A DNA stretch of 64,000 bases from Eledone cirrhosa (GCA_964016885.1 OZ024740.1:361646001-361710000), one strand, 5' to 3'; positions 1 through 15,249 are shown, counted from the first letter of the stretch. Program-made: numbers and translations. The notes: generated from the sequence alone by a model not told the origin.

Positions 1-502
1 TCTATCTGAGAATTACATGCTCAACTACATGCACGTTACTTTCACGAACAAGATGTTCCGTTGATCGAATCCCATGGCAATCATCGTTGATACCGACAAA
101 GGTCCAACCCTCAAATGTACACTTATCAGGATTGGTGGACGTGTGATATAACATAAATCAATGCAGCATTGTGGGTGGTGAGGCTTGTGTTGTTTTATGA
201 CCTTTCACCGCATGGTCTGGCATGAATGAATGTGGACTGTGTAGGGGAAAATGCAGGCTTTGTAATTTTCTTGCGCATTAATAGTAAACTATTCCGTTAG
301 TGAAACAATTGGAATACTGGTATTCGTAATTAACGAAAGTTCAACAACACAGTAACCAAGATATATATGTTTTCTAGCATCATCCGTGTTTGGATAATAA
401 TACTCACTAGTGAAATGTTTCTAATTACCCAGACATATCTTATACAATGCCTTCATTTATGAGATTGCAGTTTGAGTTGTCATAACCCCCCGTGCTCGGC
501 GA

Positions 503-529
503 ACACACACACACACACACACACGCACG

Positions 530-609
<80 letters not shown>

Positions 610-648
610 CGCACACACGCACACACGCACACACACACACACACACAC
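503..648. repeat. (CA)n microsatellite
   Basis: Direct CA/CACG tandem run. The overlapping ORFs are repeat translations. Confidence 0.95.
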
Positions 649-671
649 CTACGTTTGTATGCATGTATGTT

Positions 672-1416
672 TTTCGTGAGAGGGGAAGACTTGAGGTGTG
701 GACAACTTTGTACATCTCGGAAGTACACTTAGTAGAGATGGTTTCCTCGATGCTGAAATAGATGACAGGATTACGAAAGCGAGTCTTGCCTTCGGGAAGC
801 TTGAGAAGCGAGTCTGGTCAGATCGGGGTATCATGAGAAACACAACGTTCTCTGTGTACAGGCCTGCGTTCCTACAGCCCTGCCATTTGGATGCGAAACG
901 TGGACAATTTACAGGCATCACATCAGGTAGCTGGAAAGGGTTCATCAGCCTTGTATCCGACGCATCCTCAACATCAAGTGGTCTTCTTACACACCTGATG
1001 CTGCTGTACTTGAGAAAGCGGGCAGCACCAGTATTGAGAGGAGGATTATTTTGAACCAGATGCACTGGATAGGTCAAGTGATCAGGATGGAAGAGGGGAG
1101 GCTGCCTAAACAGTTATTTCATGGAGAGCAGACCAGAGGAAAAAGGCCACAGCATAAACCAAAGAAGCGGTTTATGAATGTCATAAAAGACAGTGAGTGT
1201 GGTTTAATTTTCAAGCCAGCTGGTGGACTGACAAGACATAGTAGAAAGCATGAAGGCACACTCCAGCCGGTATTGCTAGGAGACATACAGTTCAAGTGTC
1301 ACATCTGTGAACGCGCCTGCAAAACAAAAGTTGGTCTGAAAGGTCATATGCGTGCACATGATCGTGCAATGTATAATAAAAGGATGGCACTCTTCTTACA
1401 AGTAGCAATCAACGCA
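672..1416 (+). mobile_element. RTE/BovB-like LINE 3' fragment (RT C-terminus plus C2H2 zinc fingers), frameshifted
   Basis: ORF 698-1054 has DNFVHLGSTLSRDGFLDAEIDDRITKASLAFGKL. ORF 1051-1443 has HWIGQVIRMEEGRLPKQLFHGE..GKRPQHKPKKRF and FKCHICERACKTKVGLKGHMRAH. It ends in a (TATG)n tail. Confidence 0.85.
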
Positions 1417-1427
1417 TGTATGTATGT

Positions 1428-2050
1428 TTTCTCTTTCTCTTAATTTCGAGTATATTTTTTTGACCGGCCACCTTCCTGGTGGCAAGGTTGTAAAAGAAAA
1501 GAAATTGTCATCCCTTGAATCGCAAGAATGTTTTGCAAATTTTGAAGGTGCCAGCTATCGCAGCCATTTGTAGACTATGAATTAGGGAGCTGCGCTTTTT
1601 GTCCGCAAATCCAAGGTCAGTCATACTTGGGTCCAAGCGGGTTGGTATATAACCCGTAGCACCAATAATGATGAGTATGAAGCTAAAGGTGTATCTTGGA
1701 TACTGGATTTGTAAACTCCTCATCAATGGTCCGTAGATGTCCTCCTTCTCCTGTATTTTTCTGACAACTTTTACATCAAGTGGGCAGCTGATCTCCACAA
1801 CAGAACACGTTTTCAATGTGTGGTCCCAAACAACAATATCAGGCCGGTTGTGCTTTAATTTGGTGGCAGTTTTTATTTTCAGGTTCCACCAGTATTCCTT
1901 AGTGCCATCTGTCTCAATATATTCTTCCTCGTTTGTTGTTAATTTTGTTTTCCGAAGTGCGTTCCAGATGGTTCTAGCTATCCCATCGTGTCTCATGGGG
2001 AGGTAGTAGCAAGATAACATTCTTTCGCAGCTGGCAACAATGTGGCTTAC
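1428..2050 (-). mobile_element. R4/Dong-type non-LTR retrotransposon 3' fragment (restriction-like endonuclease domain)
   Basis: Translation has SHIVASC..RHDGIAR..HNRPDIVVWD..CSVVEISCPLD..KEDIYGPL..IIIGATG (end of the CCHC knuckle, RHD, PD-(D/E) motif). Both sides are flanked by (ACAT)n. Confidence 0.85.
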
Positions 2051-2081
<31 letters not shown>

Positions 2082-2137
2082 TGTATGTATGTATGTATGT
2101 ATGTATGTATGTATGTATGTATGTATGTATGTATGTA

Positions 2138-2190
<53 letters not shown>

Positions 2191-2201
2191 TCCTACATCT
2201 T

Positions 2202-2232
<31 letters not shown>

Positions 2233-2251
2233 CACACACATACACTCACTC

Positions 2252-2321
<70 letters not shown>
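2051..2321. repeat. Compound microsatellite (TATG)n(TG)n..(CT)n(TA)n
   Basis: Direct inspection. Confidence 0.95.
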
Positions 2322-2324
<3 letters not shown>

Positions 2325-2381
2325 TCTGCTATGTATTGACTACCTTACTTACTGTGGTTACCCCCGATTGAACCCAGGATA
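2322..2381 (+). mobile_element. Short terminus of a (TA)n-inserted element family; also at ~29540-29586 (+) and ~38475-38540 (-)
   Basis: Shared motif cttac(c/t)tactgtggttacc(c/t)ccgatt(g/c)aaccc(a/g)g in three places, each next to a microsatellite. Confidence 0.6.
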
Positions 2382-2383
2382 CG

Positions 2384-2431
<48 letters not shown>

Positions 2432-2629
2432 GGAAAAGAGTCAGGACCTCGACGGCTGAGCTCCGGCCGTTTCGACAGCTATATGTGTATGTATGTTCGT
2501 GTGCATACATACATACATGTATACGTACACTTACATGCACTCATGTATATGTTTATATACACAAATGTATTTAATACAGATGCTAGCTTCCTTTATCTTA
2601 TATGCAAACATTTCCCAATAACCCTCCCC

Positions 2630-2915
2630 CTTCTTCTTCTTCTTCTTCTTCTTCTTCTTCTTCTTCTTCTTCTTCTTCTTCTTCTTCTTCTTCTTCTTCT
2701 CACACCTATTCCTGAGAGGGTCATGGAGGCAGAGTCATCAAACACTCCTTCCAGCGAGTCCTGTTAGAAGGAACCCTCTCCAACTGATCCGACTGTATCT
2801 CCAAGTGAGACCAGCCGGTTGGTTTTGTCCGTAAAATCTGTCCAGCGATTCTTTCCCGAGACATGTTTACCACATGCCCATAGTATCGGAGCTGTAATCT
2901 CTCAATTCTCAGCAT
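2630..2915 (-). mobile_element. RTE LINE 3' end with (GAA)n tail
   Basis: LRIERLQLRYYGHVVNMSRERIAGQILRTKPTG..RTRWKECLMTLPP. Same 3' end as the copy at ~33320, followed by (GAA)n. Confidence 0.8.
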
Positions 2916-3169
2916 ATAAATTCCTTCAGAGCTATCGACAAACGGAGTACAACTACATTATCTCAACATACTAAACATTTAAATAGCTGTATTCTTTGTT
3001 TATCAGAAAAATTACATGTTAATCTCGCAATGCAACGAATTAAACAGATTCCCCAACTGTCTCCAACAATTTGTTTAAGCAATTTAACCGGTCTACTGGG
3101 TAGTATTTTATATCTATTTCAGTTGGATATCTAGCTGTTTTCAATACTTATATTCAGTTATCATCATTT

Positions 3170-3520
3170 TTCAAGTGAACTTTGCCTTTATCCTTACGGG
3201 GTCGATAAAATTAAGCATCAGTGATACATTGGGGTCGATGTAATCAACTTTCGCCTCCTCTTCAAATTGCTGGCCTTGTACCTAAAATAGAAACAATTAT
3301 CATTCGGGTGGAGGATTGGCAGTATCAGTAGAGCGTCGGACAACATGCTTTGTGGCATTGAGTTACGCCCCTTTACGTTCTGAGTTCAAATCTTGCTGAG
3401 GTTAGCTTTGCTTTTCCTCCTTACGGGGTCGATAAAATAAAGTACCAGTCACATACTGGAGTCGATTTAATCGATTTTCCCCTCCCCCAAATTACCGGCC
3501 TTGTACCTATACTAGAAATC
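3170..3520 (+). mobile_element. tRNA-derived SINE (one partial and one full copy; octopus OR/OK-like)
   Basis: A-box-like ggattggcagtatcagtag, B-box gagttcaaatc, and core gctttgcttttcctccttacggggtcgataaaataaagtaccagt, which recurs many times in the window. Confidence 0.8.
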
Positions 3521-4076
3521 AATATTATTATTATAAGAAAGTATTTGAGAGATAAACAGTATACTTTACCTAAATAATCTAGCACATGTAATAAATCTTA
3601 TTTATTTGTAGTACAATAAAATAACGAAAACTTATGCTCTCAAATTGCCAGTCATCCAAATGCCGGATCTACAGTTAGTTTATCCTTAGATGAGAACACC
3701 TATTTACGTAGAGAGTAAATATACATCCATACAGTGGTGGACTGGCCAGATTGCCAGGTTGCCCAAAGGCAAGTGGGCCTCAGGGGGCCCAGGCTAGCAT
3801 TGCAAGAGCCCACAGAAGCATTGCAGGGCTCACTGTAGTATTTTAGGGGATAATGCTTTGCTTTCAAAAAATACCTGAAATCTGAGAGAAAGAATAAAAT
3901 AAAAAAAAATTAAATATAACAATTAAGCAAAGCATTTGGTCAACCAATTCCCCAGGGAATTACTACAAACAAAAATATACAATTGTACAAATAGCTGGAA
4001 TCAGTGGTTGTACATTCTACTAAATATAAAGCTTAGTGTATTCATTCATGCATGCAAACATACATATATAGACGCA

Positions 4077-4133
<57 letters not shown>

Positions 4134-4363
4134 ACATTGAGTGAGTGCGAAAGACCAAAGGTCATTATTGAAAGTCTCTGGATTTTGCAAAATACATTGG
4201 AGAAGGTAAGATATTTTCCCGCAAAAATTTGATTGCACTGTTTTGTTTCCACTTATATATTTTTTGAAAATGTTATTTATTCATTATAAAAATTAAATGA
4301 TAGCATTCTATATGTAGGTGGGCCCCCTTCATCTGGCAACCAATATTTTTAGACCTAGTCCGC

Positions 4364-4657
<294 letters not shown>

Positions 4658-4896
4658 ATATATATATATATATATATATAATGCCAATCATTGTAAGTTT
4701 GAATGTGACATGCAAAAACATATATATATGAATAAAGTAAGCCAAATCATAGTAGATTCAAATATCACGGAGAAAGAGATAGAGGAGGGGATGAGGAGCA
4801 ACAGAAATGAAACATGGATTACAGGTTAAAATGTAGTCTAGATAGATGTGAAACAAAATGAGGATGTAGTTTATGGAACACCCAAATGATTTGGAT

Positions 4897-5294
4897 GTCG
4901 ACCTTAACTAGGAGCAATAACATTAAGAAAGACATGAACGACACCACATCATTTTGTTTTGAAAACTTTGAAAGTAGGTTTATAAGTATGAATTTTGACA
5001 TGGTTTTCGTAATTGTCTCTGTGGCCTAACGGTAGGTACTAGAGACAGTGGGGATCTGGTCTTGGGTTCAATCCTGGTTATAAGTGCATGTAACCTTTTT
5101 TTCAGTTTTATTTTACAACCAATAGAAAAAAACTGAGGATCAACACCGTCTATGATTCCTCCAACTAGGCCACCGAGACAGTTACAAAAGTATAATGAAA
5201 ATTGATAATTATAAACCTACTTTAAAAATCAAAGTTAAAAAGATGTGGTGTCGTTCATGGCTTTCCTAGAGTTATTAGTAATATTTAAAGTCGA
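4897..5294. mobile_element. Inverted-repeat element with tRNA-like heads
   Basis: Arms ~4897-5028 and ~5166-5294 are reverse complements. A-box tggcctaacgg and B-box ggttcaatcc lie at 5015-5075. Confidence 0.6.
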
Positions 5295-5559
5295 TTTCTG
5301 GTCATTATTGAAAGTCTCTGGATTTCGCAAAATACATATTTTTTATTGGAGCAGGTAAGATATTTCTCCGCAAAAATTTGATTGCACTGTTTTGTTTCCA
5401 CTTATGTATTTTTCGAAAATGTTATTTATTCATTATAAAAATTAAATGATAGCATTCTATATGTAGGTGGGCCCCCTTCATCTCCTGGCAACCAATATTT
5501 TTAGACCGAGTCCGCCACTGCAGACATATACATGCATACACAAATAAACACACTCACAC

Positions 5560-5677
5560 ACTAAGGTCGTGAGTTCAATTCCTAGCGGCGCGCTGTGTCC
5601 TTGAGCAAGACACTTTATATCATGTTGTTCTAGTTCACTCAGCGGGCCAAAAATGAGTTGTACCTGTAATTCGAAGG

Positions 5678-5721
<44 letters not shown>

Positions 5722-5954
5722 AGACAGCTCCACCTATGCTGGTTTAGCTGGCCTCCTCCAAGGTATATCTCGTTGGAGGTGTCTTGGGTAATTTAATGAT
5801 AGGGACCCCAGTCCTGTCATCTCATTTCTACAGCTGAGTAACCTGGAGCAACGTGTCTTGCTCAAGGAAACAACACATCACCCGGTCCGAAAATTGAACT
5901 CACAACCTTTCGATTGCAAGCCCAATGTTCTAACCACTAAGCCATGCGCCTTCA

Positions 5955-5955
<1 letters not shown>
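5560..5955. mobile_element. Two SINE fragments (5560-5680 +, 5720-5955 -)
   Basis: gagttcaattcc..tgtgtccttgagcaagacacttta on +. The reverse copy has cttgctcaagg..ttgaactcacaacc..taaccactaagcca. Confidence 0.7.
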
Positions 5956-6828
<873 letters not shown>

Positions 6829-6840
6829 CACACACACACA

Positions 6841-6893
<53 letters not shown>

Positions 6894-7638
6894 TAAACTG
6901 AGTCGTTAGAACGTCGGTTAGAATGCTTAGCGATATTATTTCTGGCTCTCTGCACCCTGAGTTCAAATCCCGTCGAGATCGATTCTTCAACTATATCTCT
7001 TTTTCTCCCCCCCCCCCCCCCTCTCTCCCTTTCTATCCATCTATGGAAGAAATCTGCCGCCGGTCTTAAAATCCCAAGAAACGCCGTATGCCACTACTGC
7101 GCCCCTATGACTCCACTATGTGTTACGGGATTCTATACTACACATATATATGTCTCTATTTGTGAGTATATATATAAACTGAATACTTCTAAATTGTTAG
7201 CAGCAGCAAGATATAAGCTGACCACTACAACAACAACAGTACCAAAATAATGGTGGAGGTCAAATGTACTGAACAATAGCGGGCATAAACCCTACAGGGA
7301 GCCTCACCCCAGAAAGAATTCTATAGACTTCTGACTGAGGAATGCTCTCAGAACTGAACAATGGGAAGTTTGACACATTTTTTGATATTTTGTTCCTTCA
7401 ACACCTTGTCCCTTCTACCATTTTATCAATTTTTAAGCTAACTCCAACAATGACAACACTAATAACTGACCAATGAGAGGAGAAGGGGACCTGTGACACG
7501 AACATTCGTTTGTTTGAATTCATATGACTCCAGTTCCCCAGTGAATTAACAACCCAGCAAGGAACTGGGCATATCAGAGTATTGACAATATCATACACCT
7601 AAACAACATATGTACTTGTCTATACCATACTAATTCAA

Positions 7639-7693
7639 ACTGCCTGAAGAGGTCACAGCCAAAGATGGCTGTCACTGAAATATATATAGCAGT
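7639..7693 (+). ncRNA. Type I hammerhead ribozyme (Penelope pLTR-like)
   Basis: actgc-CTGAAGA-ggtcacagcca(aaga)tggctgtcact-GAAA-tatat-ATA^gcagt. Stem I is actgc/gcagt and AATAAA follows directly. Confidence 0.8.
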
Positions 7694-7835
7694 AATAAAC
7701 GAAGCTAAATTTTAATCATTTGACTTTTATTTAACTTTATTTTACACTACTCCGGAGTAACCAAACCAACCTGCGCACTTCGTCGAGTGCTCCAGCCTGC
7801 ATACTGAGGTGTTGGTATACAACCAACATAAACTC

Positions 7836-8579
<744 letters not shown>

Positions 8580-8581
8580 TT

Positions 8582-8620
<39 letters not shown>

Positions 8621-8622
<2 letters not shown>

Positions 8623-8832
8623 AACGAGTAGGACCCCGACGGCTGAGCTCAAGCCGTTTCGACGGCTAATTCTGGACTAAAAAACGATTTTTTAGTCCAG
8701 AATTAGCCGTCGAAACAGCTTGAGCTCAGCCGTCGGGGTCCTACTCGTTCCTATTACCCACTCTACTACCCTAAGTATTGAGTACTTTGGTACGTTATGG
8801 TCCATCTGGTTCCCTACCACATTTCCTTCGTT
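8621..8832 (+). mobile_element. Family A fold-back element in (TA)n
   Basis: Near-perfect palindrome 8621-8751 followed by the shared tail ..agtattgagtactttgg..catttccttcgtt(AT)n. Confidence 0.8.
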
Positions 8833-8848
8833 ATATATATATATATAT

Positions 8849-9050
8849 GAAAATGAGGTTTTTTAAATAAAAAAAACCCAGATGTCCTACATGGGTGAAA
8901 ATATAAGGAAAAAAAATCGAAAATTCAACTGGAATCTTTTAAAGAATATTTATTTATTTCCTTTAACAGTTTCACAGTTATGCTTTTCAAAGGAAATAAA
9001 TAAATATTCTTAAAAAGACTCCAGTTGCATTTTCAATTTGTTTTCCTTAT
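8849..9050. mobile_element. Fold-back element in (TA)n
   Basis: Inverted arms ~8902-8964 and ~8988-9050 plus an unpaired ~50-bp tail. A similar terminus occurs at ~25505-25535. Confidence 0.6.
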
Positions 9051-9334
9051 ATATATATATATACAAATATATATATATATGTGTGTATGTGTGTGTGTGA
9101 CTGATGGTAGCTAAGATGCTTCCATAGGCGGTATGCCGGTTGAGCACTCTATGCTCTTACAGAGCAGAGTATGATAGAATAGAAAACGAAAAATCAGTGA
9201 TGCATCTGAGCTCAATTTATTGTGTGTTTCAATTGTTTCGTCGGCGGACAGCTCGAGACGCGATCATTGTGTGGATTTGTCTGATTCTGGACCCGCAGGT
9301 TCGACGGACACGTCTAATGATTTCGGAGCATATT

Positions 9335-9420
<86 letters not shown>

Positions 9421-10715
9421 CATCGTGCATATGTGTGTTTGGACAATAAAACAGAAGTAAGGTGTAAGTAGAGAGTTAGTTCATTGTTTTACGATCGTTT
9501 TAGAGGGTCGATTGATCAATCGAGATCGATGTATCAACTAGCATGGTAGTAGTTAAGTTACTACCTATTTCTTGTCTCGAAACCCTGTTCAATCGGCCGT
9601 CCTCCTCAGAAACACTCATATATATATATATATACATATGTGTGTATATTTACTATGTACGTAAATAGGTGTTCGCATCTAAGGATAAACTAACTGTTAA
9701 TCCTGTATTTGGATGACTGGCAATTTGAGAGCATAAGCTTTTCGGTATTTATTGTACTGCAAATGAATAAGATTCATTACATGCACTAGTTTATTTAGGT
9801 AAATATATTGTTTATCTCTCAAAGACTTTCTTATCAACTTACCTTTGATATAAAATTAATAGAAATTCCGCCCAGCGAAATTAGTTCTGTGAAATTAGTT
9901 CTTTGCGTGTTTCTTGTTTGACAAAATAAACAGTTGTACGTATCAGGTTGTCGTTTGTTGCTAGTTGATGCATATTCCTTGATTATGTAAAATTATTTTG
10001 TCCGTCCTGTGCATCTTCTGTGATTCGCAATCTTTTTATTCGCGCACTTAAAAAAAAAATATATATTTTAGTGCAATTTATTCAAAAGAGATATTTATAT
10101 ATTAGAATAGCATAAAATAAAAATACGAATAATTAAAAATACAGAAAAATTATATGTACTTCCTTCTTTAGTCAATAAATGGAGCAAAGTTATTAACTTC
10201 CCACTTTGATTGTTATATATGAACTTTATTATGAATTTCAATTTTTATTTTCCAGATTTTAAAATAGAATCTTGCTCTTTCGTGGCGCACATAATTACAA
10301 AAGCAGTGCACCAGTGCGGTTGATCATCAAGTGGTCCTATTAGACACTAACAAGGCCACTCGAAGACCAACTTCTACTGTTTATTTGTGTTTTAATTCAA
10401 GTTTCACTTTACTTCCCCAAATATTTCCAAACAAATTGATTGGAAATACTCAAGGAATTCGATTCAAATATAATAAAACACTCAATATAACGAATACAAA
10501 TATATTCGTGCAGTCTACAATGACGTCAAATGTGTTTATTTTAATTAAATGTATTGAGAATAGTGATATTTTAGAATAAAGTAAAGAATATGTAAGTAAA
10601 TTTCTATAAGATGTATCTTACAATTTCCTGCCATCTGAAAAATGTATTCGCTCTTTTATCGTAAAATTTTGTTCTGATATAGCAACTTGAAGCAACCTGT
10701 AGGTTTATCAAAAGA

Positions 10716-10812
<97 letters not shown>

Positions 10813-12295
10813 ATGCAGTTATTAAGTTATTACATGCAGAATTTCTGGAATGTTTTACATGTATGTAAAACATTCCAGAAATTCTGCATGTATTAACTGC
10901 ATGTACACATACAAAACATATGCACACGCACACATATAACTCAAAACATCCACATCCACACATACAATAACATCCATACCTGTACACACATGTATGCATG
11001 CAGACATGAAGACATATCTACCTAGTTGGTGTTGTTTAAATTCCAATGAAATAGTCTTGCGTCTATGTTAGAAACCGAATCTCTCTCTCTATTAGTAACA
11101 TTTTATAAAATTATAAAACCAAAAGAACATACATACATACATACATGCATACATACATACATGCATACATGCATACATACATACAGGGCCAACTCGAGTC
11201 GAATGCATACACACACACACACACACACGCACACACACGCACGCACACACACACACACACACACAAATACAAATCTTTTGATGTGTGTTTGTATGTACAT
11301 GTGTGTGTATGTGTGTGAATATGTGCGTTTGCATGTAGTTATATGTGAATTTGTATTTAAATGTATGTACGCGCACGCGCGTGTGTCTCAGGATCTTAGG
11401 GGAGAAAATCGACTTTACGATATTTTGTCACTATACTTTCTAACTTCGAAGTATGCCAGGGAGATTTTCAGCTACAATGTTTCATCACCCCACCACGTTC
11501 TCTCTACCGCAACCTTCACCTGCTCATCTCAACTAATACAAATTTTGATATAGTGTCAGTGTGGGCTTTATTGAAATTAATATTCAACAGTTATTTACTA
11601 TTATTTTCATTGCAAGAGCTGACGCCTCCACAATAAATATTTAGTTTATCTTGCCAATAAGGGAAACTCTGTGCAGTCTCCTGACATGCTTGAAATAGCA
11701 GCGAAATCTTCCGGAAAAAGGCCACATTATATAACTCTTAACATCCTGTGCTGATTTAGAAGAGAATATCTAAAAATGGTTTCTTAATTTGAATGTTTAT
11801 AGTATCTTTACTTGTAGAAAGATCGTTGAGGAAAGTTACTGTAAAATAAAATAAAGACTTTCACATTTAACGTGATGCAGTTATAAGGTTATTTTGTACT
11901 TTCTAGGAATGTCTTGCTTATGCGGTTTCGTGCGATACGTCAACATATACATTAGTTGAAGGGGTACTGCAACTTGGAAAACTCTAGAACGATTAGGGCA
12001 GAAATGCCTTTGATCATCACTTTACTCGATAAGGGTCGATCAGAGGCTAAAAAAGCAAGAACATATTTAGATTCAAATATTTAACCATTTGACATTTAGA
12101 GTACAACAATGCTACGTTTATGTAGTTACGTTGTACTTTCCTCGTTTAATCCATCATTGTCAACATTGTGAAACATATTCATTATTAGGTCACCTTTCTA
12201 CCTGCTCAGCAATTTCCTTTTACAAGGTTAGTATAACTCTATTCTTGGCATTTCAAGTTTCAATGATGCATTTACGTTTAATGATGCATATCCGA

Positions 12296-12328
<33 letters not shown>

Positions 12329-12331
<3 letters not shown>

Positions 12332-12462
12332 AACCAGTAAGACCCCGACAGCTGAGCTCAGCTGTCGGGGTCTTACTGGTTCCTATTACCCACTCTACTA
12401 CCTCAAGTATTGAGTACTTTGGTGCGTTATGGTCCACCTGGTTCCTTACCACATTTCCTTCG

Positions 12463-12463
<1 letters not shown>
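12329..12463 (+). mobile_element. Family A fold-back element (short hairpin centred on gagctc) in (TA)n
   Basis: aggaaccagtaagaccccgacagct-gagctc-agctgtcggggtcttactggttcct followed by the shared tail. Confidence 0.8.
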
Positions 12464-12538
<75 letters not shown>

Positions 12539-12622
12539 ATATATATATATTATCAAGCGTTAACCTAATATATCCCTTCCATATACTGTACCGATTGTGT
12601 TGTTATTTCTGTTTACTTTTTA

Positions 12623-12696
<74 letters not shown>

Positions 12697-12699
12697 TAT

Positions 12700-12771
<72 letters not shown>

Positions 12772-12828
12772 TTTAGAAATCATCATGATTTCTAAAGAAT
12801 GAAACAGTTCTAGTCCTGTAGAATCTCA

Positions 12829-12918
<90 letters not shown>

Positions 12919-12999
12919 TGAGATTATATATATATATACAAATACACACACACACACTTACATATATATATATATAATCCTGGTGGGGAAATAATGACG

Positions 13000-13390
13000 T
13001 TAAGGAGACAATGGTGTGCAGAGTGAAGCAGTATACAATCATGCACATGCGTGGTTCTTTGGCCAGCTCACTGGATGCGTCAAGCGCTGTCAGGTAACCA
13101 GTGTGTAAGGTGCTGTACTACTTACTTGTCCTATTTGATTTCGCTCGATACTGCTGACAAGAATCCTCCTGAATTCCTGAATACTGTGATGACTGGAGAT
13201 GAGATGACACGGAAACTAAAGCTCAGTTGCCAAGGATCCCAGAAACACGTCAGGTACGGTGCAAAATCAAGGTGATACTGACTGTTTTTTTTTCGTCTAT
13301 CGGGGTGCTATGAATCATGAATACACACCAGAAGGACAAAGTTACTAAATAATTTTATCAGAAAGTTCTCAGCCGTCTTCGGCAAGAGGA
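13000..13390 (+). mobile_element. Decayed mariner transposase fragment
   Basis: Multi-frame translation gives PEFLNTVMTGDE..ETK..RQVRCKIKVILTVFF..HEYTPEGQ..FYQKVLSRLR, matching the mariner catalytic domain. The 5' boundary is approximate. Confidence 0.75.
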
Positions 13391-13543
13391 CGGTCTGTGC
13401 CTTATGTATATGTAAGTGTATGTTCGTAAACTTTAAAAAGTTACAAAAATATACAAATAAATATACAAACATACATGACACATTATTACAGTTGATCCAT
13501 CCATCATTATCTGGATTTTGCCGAAAAATATATTGCACTAAAC

Positions 13544-13830
13544 CATGGATCTCAAACTCAAGGACTCAAAAGAAATTACATCTTGGGGGGCAGTGGCACA
13601 GCGGGCCAAAAGTGAGATGAGGAGGGGAATGATTTCTCTCATTATAACGATAATTTGCAATACATCAAAGTGAATACACATATGATAGTAAGTGGGATTT
13701 GAGAATTAGTAGAAAATGTATGGGAACAAATTTTCCATTAATGACAAATTTTCGGAAAATATTAGTCTTGAAACGTCTTCTGGAGTGGGCCATAGGAAAG
13801 TAGTTTGTGGGCCGCGTGTTTAAGAACCTG
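13544..13830. mobile_element. hAT (Charlie-like) MITE
   Basis: Perfect 8-bp TSD cactaaac (13536-13543 and 13831-13838). Imperfect TIRs catggatctcaaac / gtttaagaacctg. Confidence 0.75.
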
Positions 13831-14129
13831 CACTAAACAGTATTTTTAGTCTTCGTTAAGCCGGTTTTTCATTGATTATTGAGTATTCAGTAGTTAAAGA
13901 TATTAACAACTTCAATTAAAACAAACTAATCTTAAGTGAACGTTTTCTTCATTGATTTTATATTTTGTACTTTGGTGCATGAAAGAAAATTAGTTTGACA
14001 TTTCAAATAAAAGTTGAAATACATAGAATCAGATGATTAACTGGTAAACAAATGAAGTTGAGTAAGTGCATCAATATAGAACATATCTTTCGTTCCTTTC
14101 TTGAATGAGTCGCAGCGAAACCTTAATGA

Positions 14130-14340
14130 AACAGGGCGTGACTTGGGCATCTAAACTAGACGAAGCCTTATCCCTCTTCAGATTGGAGCATACAAGATTT
14201 CTTCCAGAGAGAGAGAATCGTCTCCAGTTTTGGTACATTATTTGACCTCAGTGGGATTTGAACTCAGAATGCAGAGAGCCGGTAAAAATACCGTAAGACA
14301 TTCAGCCGGCGCTCTAGTGGATTTGTCAATTCGCTGCCTT
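14130..14340 (-). mobile_element. tRNA-derived SINE
   Basis: gacctcagtgggatttgaactcaga..caattcgctgcc is the reverse of the SINE head. Confidence 0.7.
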
Positions 14341-15249
14341 CTAGAATCTAAACCTGATTGAAATGATTGAGGATATAATTAAAACTATTCTACTTTTAAC
14401 AGATTCGTTTCGACATGACATCCAACTCTTGTAACTCTGAATATCACTAAAATGAGGAAACCGTAAAGTGGTCACTCGACCTGCTAGAAATAACAGCGGA
14501 ATTTTAACGAAACGCCACCATACCGTCTAGAATATAGTCAGGGGTTGTTATGCCTGAAAGAAAGACGTGCTGGTGGTGGCTAGAATGTTTTGTTCATAAA
14601 TATGCTCTGTCAAAGTTTTATTGGGACGAAAAAGCAACGACAATAGCATATTTAATAAGATAGCAATATTAGAAGAAAGAAAGGTCCTTAACTCCTGATG
14701 GAGATATAGGGGCGCCGTTCTGACACACGACGTGTGTTGAATATTTTTAGTCCATAATTCACTGTCTGATTTCTTCCAGAGAAGTAGAGAGGGTGAGAGA
14801 AAGTAATAAAGAGATTTAGAGGAAGACGACCCCAAAAATGGACTGGTACTTTAATTATCAACCTCGAAAGAATGAAGAGTGCAGGGAGAGAGAACAATTG
14901 CAATGAAATTGAATCCAACACTAACGACTTTACCAATTCATCGCATTAGCAACCGTGCGCAAAAATATTAACAAAAAAGGTGATTATATGAAAATGGTAT
15001 AGACTTACACACTTGTAATCGATCTTCAAGATTCCCTGATCCAAACCTTACATTTCAAAGAGTTCTCCCATGCATTATATTATATGATTATTATAACTGC
15101 CGTTAGTATTTCAATTCAATGTTTTTATTAGATTTTACAATTACTGTCCTTTTGATGTCAAAGATATTGAAAACCTACCGCTTCTAATGTATTTATCTAA
15201 GTCAGTTATGGAACAAGACGGTTCTATCAAGAGATTAATTAAGAATCCA

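Noticed and set aside
1190-1380. C2H2 zinc-finger host gene fragment
   Set aside because: It is in frame with the RTE RT C-terminus, where such fingers occur in this clade.
5015-5090. tRNA gene candidates here and at 25630, 35566, 45300 and the SINE heads
   Set aside because: A/B boxes are present, but I could not build a full cloverleaf. They are treated as tRNA-derived repeats.
10255-10380. Possible host exon after a ttttccag acceptor
   Set aside because: There is no recognisable reading frame or donor site.
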